This document shows, piece after piece, positions 37,246-45,807 of a stretch of 64,000 nucleotides of DNA. The position numbers were made by a program, and so were the translations under genes. The notes beneath the pieces were generated by a model. It saw only the letters and a program-made list of their open reading frames with translations, was not told the origin of the DNA and did no database searches. The stretch lies in the sequence record NC_023557.1. One strand, given 5' to 3'. Numbering within the stretch: the first letter of the stretch is position 1; every line of letters starts with the position of its first letter.

Positions 37246-37258
37246 AGGAGATACCCGC

Positions 37259-37651
37259 ATGGGAGTTTCTACTGCTGCTGCTCGTCGTTCTAAAGAAGGG
37301 GTGTTTACCCGGAGTATTGAAGTGCGTCATGATCACTGGAAACGGGATATCACTGATTTAGGACTGGATGTCCATAACCTGGTGCTGTGTAAGCAGGAGA
37401 TCGTGTCAGTGACCCTCACTGCCTGGCGGGCGTATGACGAGTGCGGTGTATTGCGCGGCAGTGCCAAAGAGTTGAAGTTAGACATTACGGAATGGTTCCT
37501 CGGTGACAAAGGCCCGGTCATTAATGATGCGATCAAACCTCTCACGTTTGCCTTCATCATTAATCAACAACGCAGCCAACGCACGCCCTGGGTAAAAGAT
37601 GTCCGCTTAGGGCTTAACCTGTCCATTGTCTACAAGAGGATTCAGCAATAA
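37259..37651 (+). CDS. Hypothetical protein, tandem paralog 3 of 4 (divergent)
   Basis: AGGAG SD; EVRHD and VTLTAWRAYD motifs. Confidence 0.7.
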   Translation: MGVSTAAARRSKEGVFTRSIEVRHDHWKRDITDLGLDVHNLVLCKQEIVSVTLTAWRAYDECGVLRGSAKELKLDITEWFLGDKGPVINDAIKPLTFAFIINQQRSQRTPWVKDVRLGLNLSIVYKRIQQ

Positions 37652-37995
37652 TGGAAATTGTCCACCAACTCGATCTTAGCCACGGCTGGGAACCCTTCAA
37701 CCGCCTGAAAGCCGCCTTTGCCAAGAAACCCCCGGAGGCGATCCACATCACTGCCTGGGTCGCTCATGGCTATAAAGGAAACCTCATCGGTGATGAGCAA
37801 GTGGTGAAAGGGTCGTGCCAGGAGTGCCGGATTGATGTGACCCACATCTTCTTTCCCAGTCGACCTGAGATCTTGATTGGTTTGTCGAGCTTCATTAACA
37901 CTATTAACCGTGACGGGCCGGTGAAGATCCCAGCCTGGACCGGATCGATTACTCTTTGTCTTGAATTAGCGATAAGTTATACGGATAGAATTTAA
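37651..37995 (+). CDS. Hypothetical protein, tandem paralog 4 of 4 (divergent)
   Basis: TAATG-coupled; LDLSH and IHITAW...LIGD motifs. Confidence 0.65.
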   Translation: MEIVHQLDLSHGWEPFNRLKAAFAKKPPEAIHITAWVAHGYKGNLIGDEQVVKGSCQECRIDVTHIFFPSRPEILIGLSSFINTINRDGPVKIPAWTGSITLCLELAISYTDRI

Positions 37996-38102
37996 TCGGC
38001 ATATATTCTGTCTCGTTAGCGTAAGCTCGCTAAAAACCCTTTTAAAGTTTTGTATAACAAACTATCAACTTTGTAGAAAGAAACAAATAGGAAATTAATC
38101 TC

Positions 38103-38813
38103 ATGTTGCATGAAAACTTTGAAGCCTTAGTGGCGAACATCGCCAACCAAATCAATCAGCTGGAACCAGAGGATCTACCGTCACTGATCCTGACCAAGAG
38201 CGGAGTCTACATCAACGACAAGCGACACGATCGCACGCGTCTACTGCTGAACCTGTTTACCCCACAACCCGGGCACACCCATGACGTGACCTTCGATCAA
38301 GAGCTGCAGGATGCTTTCGCTCACAACAACCTGGAGTTTATCAAAGTCGGTGAAGGGATCGCCTACGGACTACTGCGTACCAGTATCGTTAACAACGAAC
38401 CCGCGGTGTTCTGGATTCACGCTGATGTCTCCGATGATGCATCATTACTGAAGCAAGCCTGGGATATCATCACCGACCTGAAGAAGAATGCGGGTTACCC
38501 CCAGGCGTTTAACATTGACGTGCTCGACGTAAGCTGGCATGCGTTAAGCTGGGCACAACTGCTGGGGACTTTGCTTGACCGCACTGACCCGACACGCCGG
38601 TTTCGTTTGGCAACTAACCCCGACTACGATTTTGTGTTATCCCAGAAAGCCATCACGTACTACCAGGAGACGTTGAGTAAACGTCCGATGGCACCGGTTG
38701 CTTACCTCGATGACACTAACCTGTTTAATGGTGGCGACTTTAACGACAGTGATCGCAACTGGGCAATCGCCCCGAACGACAGCACCCGCCCTATCGTGAA
38801 GGTGTATGTTTAA
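38103..38813 (+). CDS. Hypothetical protein
   Basis: 236 aa; AGGA SD. Confidence 0.75.
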   Translation: MLHENFEALVANIANQINQLEPEDLPSLILTKSGVYINDKRHDRTRLLLNLFTPQPGHTHDVTFDQELQDAFAHNNLEFIKVGEGIAYGLLRTSIVNNEPAVFWIHADVSDDASLLKQAWDIITDLKKNAGYPQAFNIDVLDVSWHALSWAQLLGTLLDRTDPTRRFRLATNPDYDFVLSQKAITYYQETLSKRPMAPVAYLDDTNLFNGGDFNDSDRNWAIAPNDSTRPIVKVYV

Positions 38814-38871
38814 ATAAACACAAGCTCCAGATGGTATACTTGGAAACATTTATTGATCTGGAGCCCCAGCC

Positions 38872-39171
38872 ATGCAAAACAATGACGATGTGGTGCCGAT
38901 GCACTATAACCACAACGTGGACATGAATAACCCGCTCGACGTGGATGAAGAGGCGTTAAAGGTTCGCTTCGCTGCGCGCCTGTGCAGCTTCCTTGATCTT
39001 GCCGAGCAACTGAATAAGGATGACTTAACCCAAAACGATATCAGTCAGTTCACCGTCGGTATCGTAAACTTAGTGTGTGACTCAATGGGCAGTAGTCCCA
39101 AACGAGACCTTTACAGGAGACAGATGGTTGACAAACTTGAACCTGTTCTGTCGAGGCATCTGATTAAATAG
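38872..39171 (+). CDS. Hypothetical protein
   Basis: 99 aa; GGAG SD. Confidence 0.65.
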   Translation: MQNNDDVVPMHYNHNVDMNNPLDVDEEALKVRFAARLCSFLDLAEQLNKDDLTQNDISQFTVGIVNLVCDSMGSSPKRDLYRRQMVDKLEPVLSRHLIK

Positions 39172-39215
39172 TCGGAGGCGTGACGGAACGCGACTACATT
39201 GCAGTATAAAAGGAT

Positions 39216-39998
39216 ATGGCTATGACGTTCGAAAAAGAAGGGGACACGTTGCACATTGTGCGACTGAGAACCAAAGGCTGGTACCACATGACGGTAACCA
39301 GCGATCCTGATGCGAGTATGGATATCGTTAACACGAACTTACGTCAGGGCACTTTTACTGATCCACTTTTACAACACCAGTACGACATCTGTAAAAAAGA
39401 GATGGGACAAGATCCCAATCCAAATGACATCGTTTTCCACCAGTTCGTGACCACGCCAGACCAGACCGGGTATCAGTCTGGCCACTGGATGATTCGTGAT
39501 CACATTCGCCACGGCTATTCACTGAAGTGCCTGACTAACATCGGTGACTGGCTTTCAACCGCAGCCTATCTTTATATCCCAGACCCTGATGATAAAGAGG
39601 GTGGTGAGAGAAAATACAAAGTAACTGACTTAGGTAAGTATCTCGACAAGGAAGAGTTGTTGGGTCACTCCGACCACCTGCCGATGTATTTCTTGCCTGA
39701 TGAGGAACCGGGTGACAGCTATGATGAGTTGATTGAAACCCATCGTCTTCCGCAACCTGACAAAGGTTACTCTTGTGTGGCCATCAAGAACGGTATGTCG
39801 TTTAGTTTGCTGACGTACAACAACTCCAAGCGGGTGCTTTCAGAAGAGGAAGAACTGCAAACCACAACCGTCCCAGTCAGGGCAGATGGTTTGCTGTACA
39901 GCTCCGTCTTAGAGTTGGCTATGGCTAAGAACGCCCCAGTCTGGTTTGTCTTGGAGATGTTAACTTCCGAAACCGACCCGAACTGGCATTTCGTCTAA
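39216..39998 (+). CDS. Degenerate GIY-YIG-like protein with C-terminal HTH; paralog of 34951..35667
   Basis: LHIVRL...WYHMT...LRQGTF.DPLLQ; TNIGDWL; VTDLGKYL; C-terminal DGLLYSSVLELA...WHFV. Confidence 0.5.
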   Translation: MAMTFEKEGDTLHIVRLRTKGWYHMTVTSDPDASMDIVNTNLRQGTFTDPLLQHQYDICKKEMGQDPNPNDIVFHQFVTTPDQTGYQSGHWMIRDHIRHGYSLKCLTNIGDWLSTAAYLYIPDPDDKEGGERKYKVTDLGKYLDKEELLGHSDHLPMYFLPDEEPGDSYDELIETHRLPQPDKGYSCVAIKNGMSFSLLTYNNSKRVLSEEEELQTTTVPVRADGLLYSSVLELAMAKNAPVWFVLEMLTSETDPNWHFV

Positions 39999-40086
39999 CC
40001 GAGATTGGCTGTGGGGAATCCTATGCAATTGCAAAGTGTAGAGAGAACCACGGCCAATCGTAAGCTGTATCATAAGGAGAGAGATT

Positions 40087-41667
40087 GTGAGTGAAGCTAA
40101 CCAGAACATCGTAGAAAGCTACGACGACCTGCCAAAGAACGCGCAGAAAGGTGATCGCTATACCGTGCGTGAAGACGCGATCGTTTACGAACTCCAGGAA
40201 GATGGTTCTTGGAAAGACGTAGACATCAACGAACAGGTTGATCAGGAAAACGAAGAGCAGGCGCAGACCGAAGATGGTCAGCAGTCTGACACCGGCGCAA
40301 CTGATCAACCTGCCTCTGATGAAGAGGGCGATGCTGATTCGTCTAAAACTGCAGCTACCGATGAAGAAGACCAGGTAGATGACAACGGCGATGACAAGCA
40401 GACTCCGGCTGAAGAGAAGCAGGAAGAAGCAGCGCAGGCGGTTGATGAAACCCAACCACGTGATGACCCTTACGTACGAGGAGCAAACAGCGATGCCAAT
40501 CCGGCACAACCTGAAGATGCGAATCAAACGCAAGATCAGACTGACGAAGCAGGACAAACTCCTGATTCTTCTGACGATACCAACACGCAGCAGGAAAGCA
40601 CTGATGGCGTTGCGACGCAGGATGCGAAAGAGCAGGCTAACATCCCGGAAGGGGTAGATCCTGAAGAAGCGCAACCTGATAACCAACCACTGGCAGTAGC
40701 ACCGGTTGAACAACCCCCTGTCCAGCACGAAGCGGTCGCGGTTGATCCTAACGCTGACCAGCCATCACCTGAAGCGCGTCCAGACAGCAAGATCGAAGAA
40801 GCAGCTGAACTGAACGCACAGAAAGAAGATGCGGCTCGTGATGAGATCGCTGAAGCCGGTGCCGATGCACAAGCTGCGACCTCTGCTGAGCAGACTGACG
40901 CTGGCAAAGCCAAAGAAGACGCACTGGCTGAAGGCCAGTTGCCGAACGATGGTGCTGCTGATGATGTCGCCGCTGGTAAACCACGTAATGACCAGACCTA
41001 CACCGAAGATCAGAAAGCAGCGAACACGCCAGCGCCTGAAATCGTGCAGGCTCAGGAAAACCATACGTCAGAGCCCGATCCGGTAGTCAGCCAGGAAGAG
41101 ACCCATGTGCAGAACGCCACGGACCCTGACCAGCCGACCATTATCCCGCAGGAAGCGAAGTCTGAATCACTGGCGCATCAAGCGGCTGATCCAACGCAGG
41201 AAACTGTGTTTGTTAAGCAGGATGAAAACCTGGACCCGGAAGTGCGCGTGCTGCAACAGCGCATTGAAGAGTACATCGGCAATATGGGTGTGAACGGTAA
41301 GCACGATCGCCGTGACGGTCCGAAGTATCAGGCTCGCCTGTACAAAGACCTGCACTCCATCATGGCGCTGGAGCCAGTGAAGTTCAAGCAAGTGATGGAC
41401 TACCTGCTGAACCGTGTGTATGAAGAACGTGCCGGTGCTTTCTCCGACACCTATACGCGCCGTTACTTCGATCAGCTGTCACCGATGCACATGCAGACCG
41501 ATCGCGTGCGTGAGTTTGACAACATCCTCTCGCTGGTAACTACTGTGGGTCATTCCAAAAACCGCAGTCGTGCCCTGCAGCAGGTTGATCTGCAACGCGC
41601 CCTGAAGAATATTCAGGATGCCGGTAAGCAGCAGCGTATGGCAGCGTACTTTGATGCTCTGCGTTAA
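40087..41667 (+). CDS. Tripartite protein: small N-terminal beta module, long acidic disordered linker, helical C-terminal domain
   Basis: GTG start with AAGGAG SD; DLPKNAQKGDRYTV...Y.L..DGSW; D/E/Q/A/P-rich middle. Confidence 0.8.
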   Translation: MSEANQNIVESYDDLPKNAQKGDRYTVREDAIVYELQEDGSWKDVDINEQVDQENEEQAQTEDGQQSDTGATDQPASDEEGDADSSKTAATDEEDQVDDNGDDKQTPAEEKQEEAAQAVDETQPRDDPYVRGANSDANPAQPEDANQTQDQTDEAGQTPDSSDDTNTQQESTDGVATQDAKEQANIPEGVDPEEAQPDNQPLAVAPVEQPPVQHEAVAVDPNADQPSPEARPDSKIEEAAELNAQKEDAARDEIAEAGADAQAATSAEQTDAGKAKEDALAEGQLPNDGAADDVAAGKPRNDQTYTEDQKAANTPAPEIVQAQENHTSEPDPVVSQEETHVQNATDPDQPTIIPQEAKSESLAHQAADPTQETVFVKQDENLDPEVRVLQQRIEEYIGNMGVNGKHDRRDGPKYQARLYKDLHSIMALEPVKFKQVMDYLLNRVYEERAGAFSDTYTRRYFDQLSPMHMQTDRVREFDNILSLVTTVGHSKNRSRALQQVDLQRALKNIQDAGKQQRMAAYFDALR

Positions 41668-41680
41668 TTGATCATTTGAT

Positions 41681-41732
41681 CAGCATAAGGAGAGGCCTCG
41701 CGCCTCTCCTGTTTATGCCGTCTTTTTTTTTT
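41681..41732. terminator. Bidirectional hairpin flanked by GCATAA and TTATGCCG
   Basis: CAGCATA-AGGAGAGGC-ctcgc-GCCTCTCCT-GTTTATGCCG then a T-run; lies between convergent genes. Confidence 0.8.
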
Positions 41733-42235
41733 TACACTAAAATGCCGTTAAAGGCCACCGGGTCATTAGCCAGGAATGGGTTGTACCGAACCACGGACTC
41801 TAACGTGTAATCGTAATAGATGAAATCCAAGCATTGCGCACCCTGGTAGGTAGTCCATGACTTTGATAGATAACCATTGCGGTCTAACGCAACGTAAGCT
41901 GGGCGGCTTGACAACGGAGTAAACTTCATCAACACTTGTGGCTGGTTGTTGAGGTTGTTTGTAAATACAGGCAGGGAAGGATGAGCATGCCTTGCAATGG
42001 AGCACAACCAAGAGTCGTAGGTAAACCACTCTTTATACGGTGTGCCGTACATGTTGTTGGATGTGTTCAATGTAGTATTAACATATTTACCGGCATTGGC
42101 GGACATGCTGGTACTCGCGTTCGCTACCTTTGTATATTTGGCTGTATTGGCCGCAAGCCACGCCTCGAATTGCGCATAGGTCATCTTAGTACCTATCTGT
42201 GGCTGTGACTTACTGCCCATTAACATCTCTAACAT
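41732..42235 (-). CDS. Putative small virion/fibre-tip protein, paralog of 42248..42757
   Basis: MLEMLM start; shared GTPY, IARHA, RNGY, LDFIYYD and FNG motifs. Confidence 0.7.
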   Translation of the reverse strand: MLEMLMGSKSQPQIGTKMTYAQFEAWLAANTAKYTKVANASTSMSANAGKYVNTTLNTSNNMYGTPYKEWFTYDSWLCSIARHAHPSLPVFTNNLNNQPQVLMKFTPLSSRPAYVALDRNGYLSKSWTTYQGAQCLDFIYYDYTLESVVRYNPFLANDPVAFNGILV

Positions 42236-42247
42236 GGTAACTCCTGA

Positions 42248-42757
42248 TTAGATCAACACCCCGTTAAACGGTACCGGTGTGCCGCCATTTAACGGAGTCC
42301 ACCGCATCACAACACCCTGGGTATTGTCGTAGTAAATAAAGTCAAGCACAGTACGACCGTTAAATGATCCGTAAGACAAGCTGGTGTAACCGTTACGATT
42401 GAGGCCTGAATAGGCACTTTTGGTAACATAAGGTCCAAGCTTCATTAAACAAAACTGTTTATTCGCCAACATGTAATCAAACATCGTTTGTGCCGGACAC
42501 GCATGTCGTGCGATCCTTGCCCAAGTTGAATCGTGAGTACAGGAGTTTAAATAGGGCGTGCCCCACATGTTACCGCCATCACCCGTCATGGAGATCCTGG
42601 CATAGCCGTTCGTAAACGTGGTGGACGAAGGGGTGCCTGTATTCGACGCTGCACTGACCGCACTGTACTTAGTGGTATTGGTATTTAACCAAGTAACAAA
42701 ATCCGCATAGCTCATCTTTACAGTTTTCTTGCCAGCGTACATTAATAACTCGAGCAT
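42248..42757 (-). CDS. Putative small virion/fibre-tip protein, paralog of 41732..42235
   Basis: MLELLM start; same shared motifs. Confidence 0.7.
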   Translation of the reverse strand: MLELLMYAGKKTVKMSYADFVTWLNTNTTKYSAVSAASNTGTPSSTTFTNGYARISMTGDGGNMWGTPYLNSCTHDSTWARIARHACPAQTMFDYMLANKQFCLMKLGPYVTKSAYSGLNRNGYTSLSYGSFNGRTVLDFIYYDNTQGVVMRWTPLNGGTPVPFNGVLI

Positions 42758-42828
42758 AACTCCACCTCAAAATAAAATCCCGTTAGCAAGGGTTCTGGTT
42801 CTCTAATACATGACTTATAGGATTTAGC

Positions 42829-42858
42829 CGGCATAACGGAGCAGGCAACGCCTACTCC
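42829..42858 (-). terminator. Hairpin followed by TTATGCCG (minus strand)
   Basis: Plus-strand CGGCATAA-C-GGAGCAGGC-aac-GCCTACTCC, downstream of the Gly-rich gene. Confidence 0.55.
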
Positions 42859-42898
42859 TGAATCCTGGTGTGAATAACGGTTGGTCGATTGGGGTATT

Positions 42899-43876
42899 TT
42901 AACCCGCTGTAGTTTGATCTGGGTAACCTCGACCTGTCCCCCAGACAATACGAACAATACCATCAGCACCACTACCTAACAAACTGGTGCCGTCACTCTT
43001 GTACTGACTTGCCCCGCCGCCTCCTGCGCCCCCGCCTGGAATCGCGGTAGGTATCCCCGCCCCTGATCCTGGCATATCCTTGATACGTCCTGTCGATTTA
43101 ATTCCCCCGCCACCTCGACCAGTATAGATCTTGGTAGTGCCTTGCGTCGTCAGGGTAACATTCCCACCATAACCCGCTCCCGTATCCGCAGGGTTAGTGG
43201 GGGTTGCACCATAAGCACATCCTGTGCCACCATCGCCCATGTAACCGCCTGCACCGCCACCGCCGACCGCACGTGTCGTTAATGACCCGGTGCCACCCTT
43301 TCCACCTGTACCACCCCCAACAATAGGTTTGGTAGCAGGGTTCTGGATAGGGTTGTTCGCGATCCCGGCTAACACACCGCCGACGACATTTAACAGCCCG
43401 CCGACCAAACCGCCTACTAATCCCCCTACTATATCCACCAATACCAGATCCAGGAGATTACCGGAAAGTCCATTCGACTGCGGCATGACGGTAACTGCCG
43501 TGTTACCGGATGCGTCCTCCCCGCCACCCACTGCTTTTAACAGATAGGTGCCATTACGCGCTATTCCGGAGAAAGACCCTTTATTCGCTGTGAAGGCGGT
43601 TTTAACGGGTGTTGGTGTACCAACCCCACCTTGCCCTACCACAACCGTCATCTTCTCACCAGGGGTCACAGGGATCGCATTACGGTAACGTAACGTTCCG
43701 CCATTCCCGCCGGTATGTACAAGGGTAGTGCTACTGGCTGATTGACCGCCACCTACTGCGACGGCACTCATACTTGTTGCCCCTTCTGGCACAATCAGTT
43801 CATACACCCCCGCCTTTGTGAAGAGCGTCTCCAAGGGTAACTTAATGTGTGTCTTGTTTAACAATAACCCAATCAT
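42899..43876 (-). CDS. Glycine-rich tail-fibre/adhesin-like protein
   Basis: G.Y...VP.G.T.M.AVAVGGG start, many GGxGG motifs, GADGIVRIVWG end: typical Gly-rich virion domain. Confidence 0.65.
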   Translation of the reverse strand: MIGLLLNKTHIKLPLETLFTKAGVYELIVPEGATSMSAVAVGGGQSASSTTLVHTGGNGGTLRYRNAIPVTPGEKMTVVVGQGGVGTPTPVKTAFTANKGSFSGIARNGTYLLKAVGGGEDASGNTAVTVMPQSNGLSGNLLDLVLVDIVGGLVGGLVGGLLNVVGGVLAGIANNPIQNPATKPIVGGGTGGKGGTGSLTTRAVGGGGAGGYMGDGGTGCAYGATPTNPADTGAGYGGNVTLTTQGTTKIYTGRGGGGIKSTGRIKDMPGSGAGIPTAIPGGGAGGGGASQYKSDGTSLLGSGADGIVRIVWGTGRGYPDQTTAG

Positions 43877-43933
43877 GCATCATCCTTCTAGAATGAGTAC
43901 CTTGACGACCTACTCGCGTCATAGCATTCCAAC

Positions 43934-43977
43934 CGGCATAAGGGAGTGGATACCCTGACCGTAGCCAAGGCATCCAC
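43934..43977 (-). terminator. Hairpin followed by TTATGCCG (minus strand)
   Basis: Plus-strand CGGCATAA...GTGGAT.CC...GG.ATCCAC, just after the DNA polymerase stop. Confidence 0.5.
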
Positions 43978-43985
43978 GTGGTGCG

Positions 43986-45707
43986 TCAAGCCGCAGCCAT
44001 GAAATCGATCTCGATATGTTTTTCTACCATGAAGTCTTTCAGTAACGTAATGGTCTCAGGTGCTTTGTACAACTTACGTGCAAGTTCACCGGCATTGTTC
44101 ATACCACCGGCTGCCAGGTTAACTGCTACCTGGCGATATTCCGTATCATCCAATCCTTCGATCTGGGTCATCTCAATCCAGGTGGTTTGTTTCCCCACAT
44201 TCATGATGACCGTACCGGTCGGATATGCCCCTTCTACGTCGATGTCGTTCGTACCTGTACGGACATAGGACTTGACGTTCGGCAGTTCTTTAAACATCGC
44301 TTTGCCGTTTAAGGCAACCAGCTCTGTTGGGAGCATAACGATCCAACCACCCAATCCCTGAATGTGATCATCCAGTTCGGTACGCATCTGATCCGATGTA
44401 GTACCCCAGATATACCCTTCTTTCATTACATCGTAATGCATCGCCTCAGCGATACGTGTCGGCTGCGATATAAAGTTACGGTAGTCTGACACCCCGCAGA
44501 ACGTTGGAACCGCTACAGAGAGATCTGAGGTCTTCTCGTCCATCATTTCAACCACGATGCAGTCGAAGATGTTATACATCACATATTCGTACTTGTAGTT
44601 ACTCTGCATGAACTCATGCCAGTCCGCCCCGTGGTACCCTTCGGCTTCACTGAACTTCATCTTGGTCACCCCGAGTACTTTCTCAGCGATGTTATCCAGT
44701 TTGTAGTTCAGCTCTTTACCGTTCATGGTGCGCAGGTAGTAATAGGCTGACATCGATTCAGCCCAACGGAACGACGCAGGGGCATTGACGTAAGGCCACT
44801 TCTCATAGTTAGCTAATGATGTCTTGGTGACTTCTTTGCCATCATTTTTTACTTTGTGGGTTTTGCCCTCGTAGTAATAAACGTTACGGTACTCTTGCGG
44901 TACCGAGGGATCGCAAATAACGTCAGCAGGGTTGATGCCGGCATTAGTTAATGTTTGGGTAAGGACCTTGTAGTCGAACTCGAGTACGTTCCAACCAGTG
45001 ATAAAATCAGGCATCCACTCATGGGCGCGTTCAAACAGTTTGACAAAGCCATCCGCCGCACTGTCAACCAACACGAACTCTGGGTTGGTGATGCTGCGTT
45101 TGGTTGCCCAGTCGCCCAGGTATTTATCCCAGGCCAGTTTCAGCTTCTGATGAATACGCTCATCCGCTTCCCCGCCAAAGTAGCGACGGATCACAAAGGT
45201 AAAGGTGCGTTCTTTAAAGGTTAAGGATGCCATGATCGGCTCACCCTTATACCGCTCGTCTACCATTTCGGTTTCGATATCGAACACACTGATTTTGTAC
45301 GGTGTAAAGGTATCAGGAAACTTCGCTTCATACATCGCTTTGACAATCGAAGAGGGTTCGATGTCAGCGCCATACACGTACGGACTGCGACACACCCGAC
45401 GCAACTGCTGATCAGTAGCGCCTTTTCCCAGCATCTTTGAGATGTGGTTAGGAAGATCCCACTGCGGGCAACTGAACTTCTGCAGCTTGGACAGCTCTTC
45501 GTAATCTTTCTTATCCTGGTGATTGCGGTACGCTGGTTTGGTGAGGTAGTAATCACGCTTCATGTCTTTAATGATGCGGGTGTGGGGTTTGCTGTTCCCG
45601 TTCTCGTCAATCACATTCTCTTTCACGAAGATGATGTCTGATTTGCCGCGCAGAGAAAGGGTATAGATCGCGTGCTTGCATTCGAAACGAAGGTTATTGC
45701 TGCTCAT
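43986..45707 (-). CDS. Split family-B DNA polymerase, 3'-5' exonuclease plus motif A subunit (phiKZ gp82-like)
   Basis: ExoI FDIETE, ExoII TGWNVLEFD, YKLDNIA, ExoIII YNIFDC, motif A DVEGAYP...IMNV; motifs B and C absent. Confidence 0.85.
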   Translation of the reverse strand: MSSNNLRFECKHAIYTLSLRGKSDIIFVKENVIDENGNSKPHTRIIKDMKRDYYLTKPAYRNHQDKKDYEELSKLQKFSCPQWDLPNHISKMLGKGATDQQLRRVCRSPYVYGADIEPSSIVKAMYEAKFPDTFTPYKISVFDIETEMVDERYKGEPIMASLTFKERTFTFVIRRYFGGEADERIHQKLKLAWDKYLGDWATKRSITNPEFVLVDSAADGFVKLFERAHEWMPDFITGWNVLEFDYKVLTQTLTNAGINPADVICDPSVPQEYRNVYYYEGKTHKVKNDGKEVTKTSLANYEKWPYVNAPASFRWAESMSAYYYLRTMNGKELNYKLDNIAEKVLGVTKMKFSEAEGYHGADWHEFMQSNYKYEYVMYNIFDCIVVEMMDEKTSDLSVAVPTFCGVSDYRNFISQPTRIAEAMHYDVMKEGYIWGTTSDQMRTELDDHIQGLGGWIVMLPTELVALNGKAMFKELPNVKSYVRTGTNDIDVEGAYPTGTVIMNVGKQTTWIEMTQIEGLDDTEYRQVAVNLAAGGMNNAGELARKLYKAPETITLLKDFMVEKHIEIDFMAAA

Positions 45708-45807
45708 GATGAATGATAATCCTATGTCAAAACACTACAAAGTGCACCAGTGTTTAATACGCGTTATAACATCAGGCGTGCAACTACATTTATACAAAGG
45801 AGATCAC

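Noticed and set aside
40021-40728. 235-aa hydrophobic minus-strand ORF that looks like a membrane protein
   Set aside because: Antisense of the D/E/Q-rich gene (GAA/GAT codons read back as F/I/L); no independent signals
45676-45807. N-terminal extension of the head protein
   Set aside because: Overlaps the divergent DNA polymerase start; AAGGAG SD supports ATG 45808
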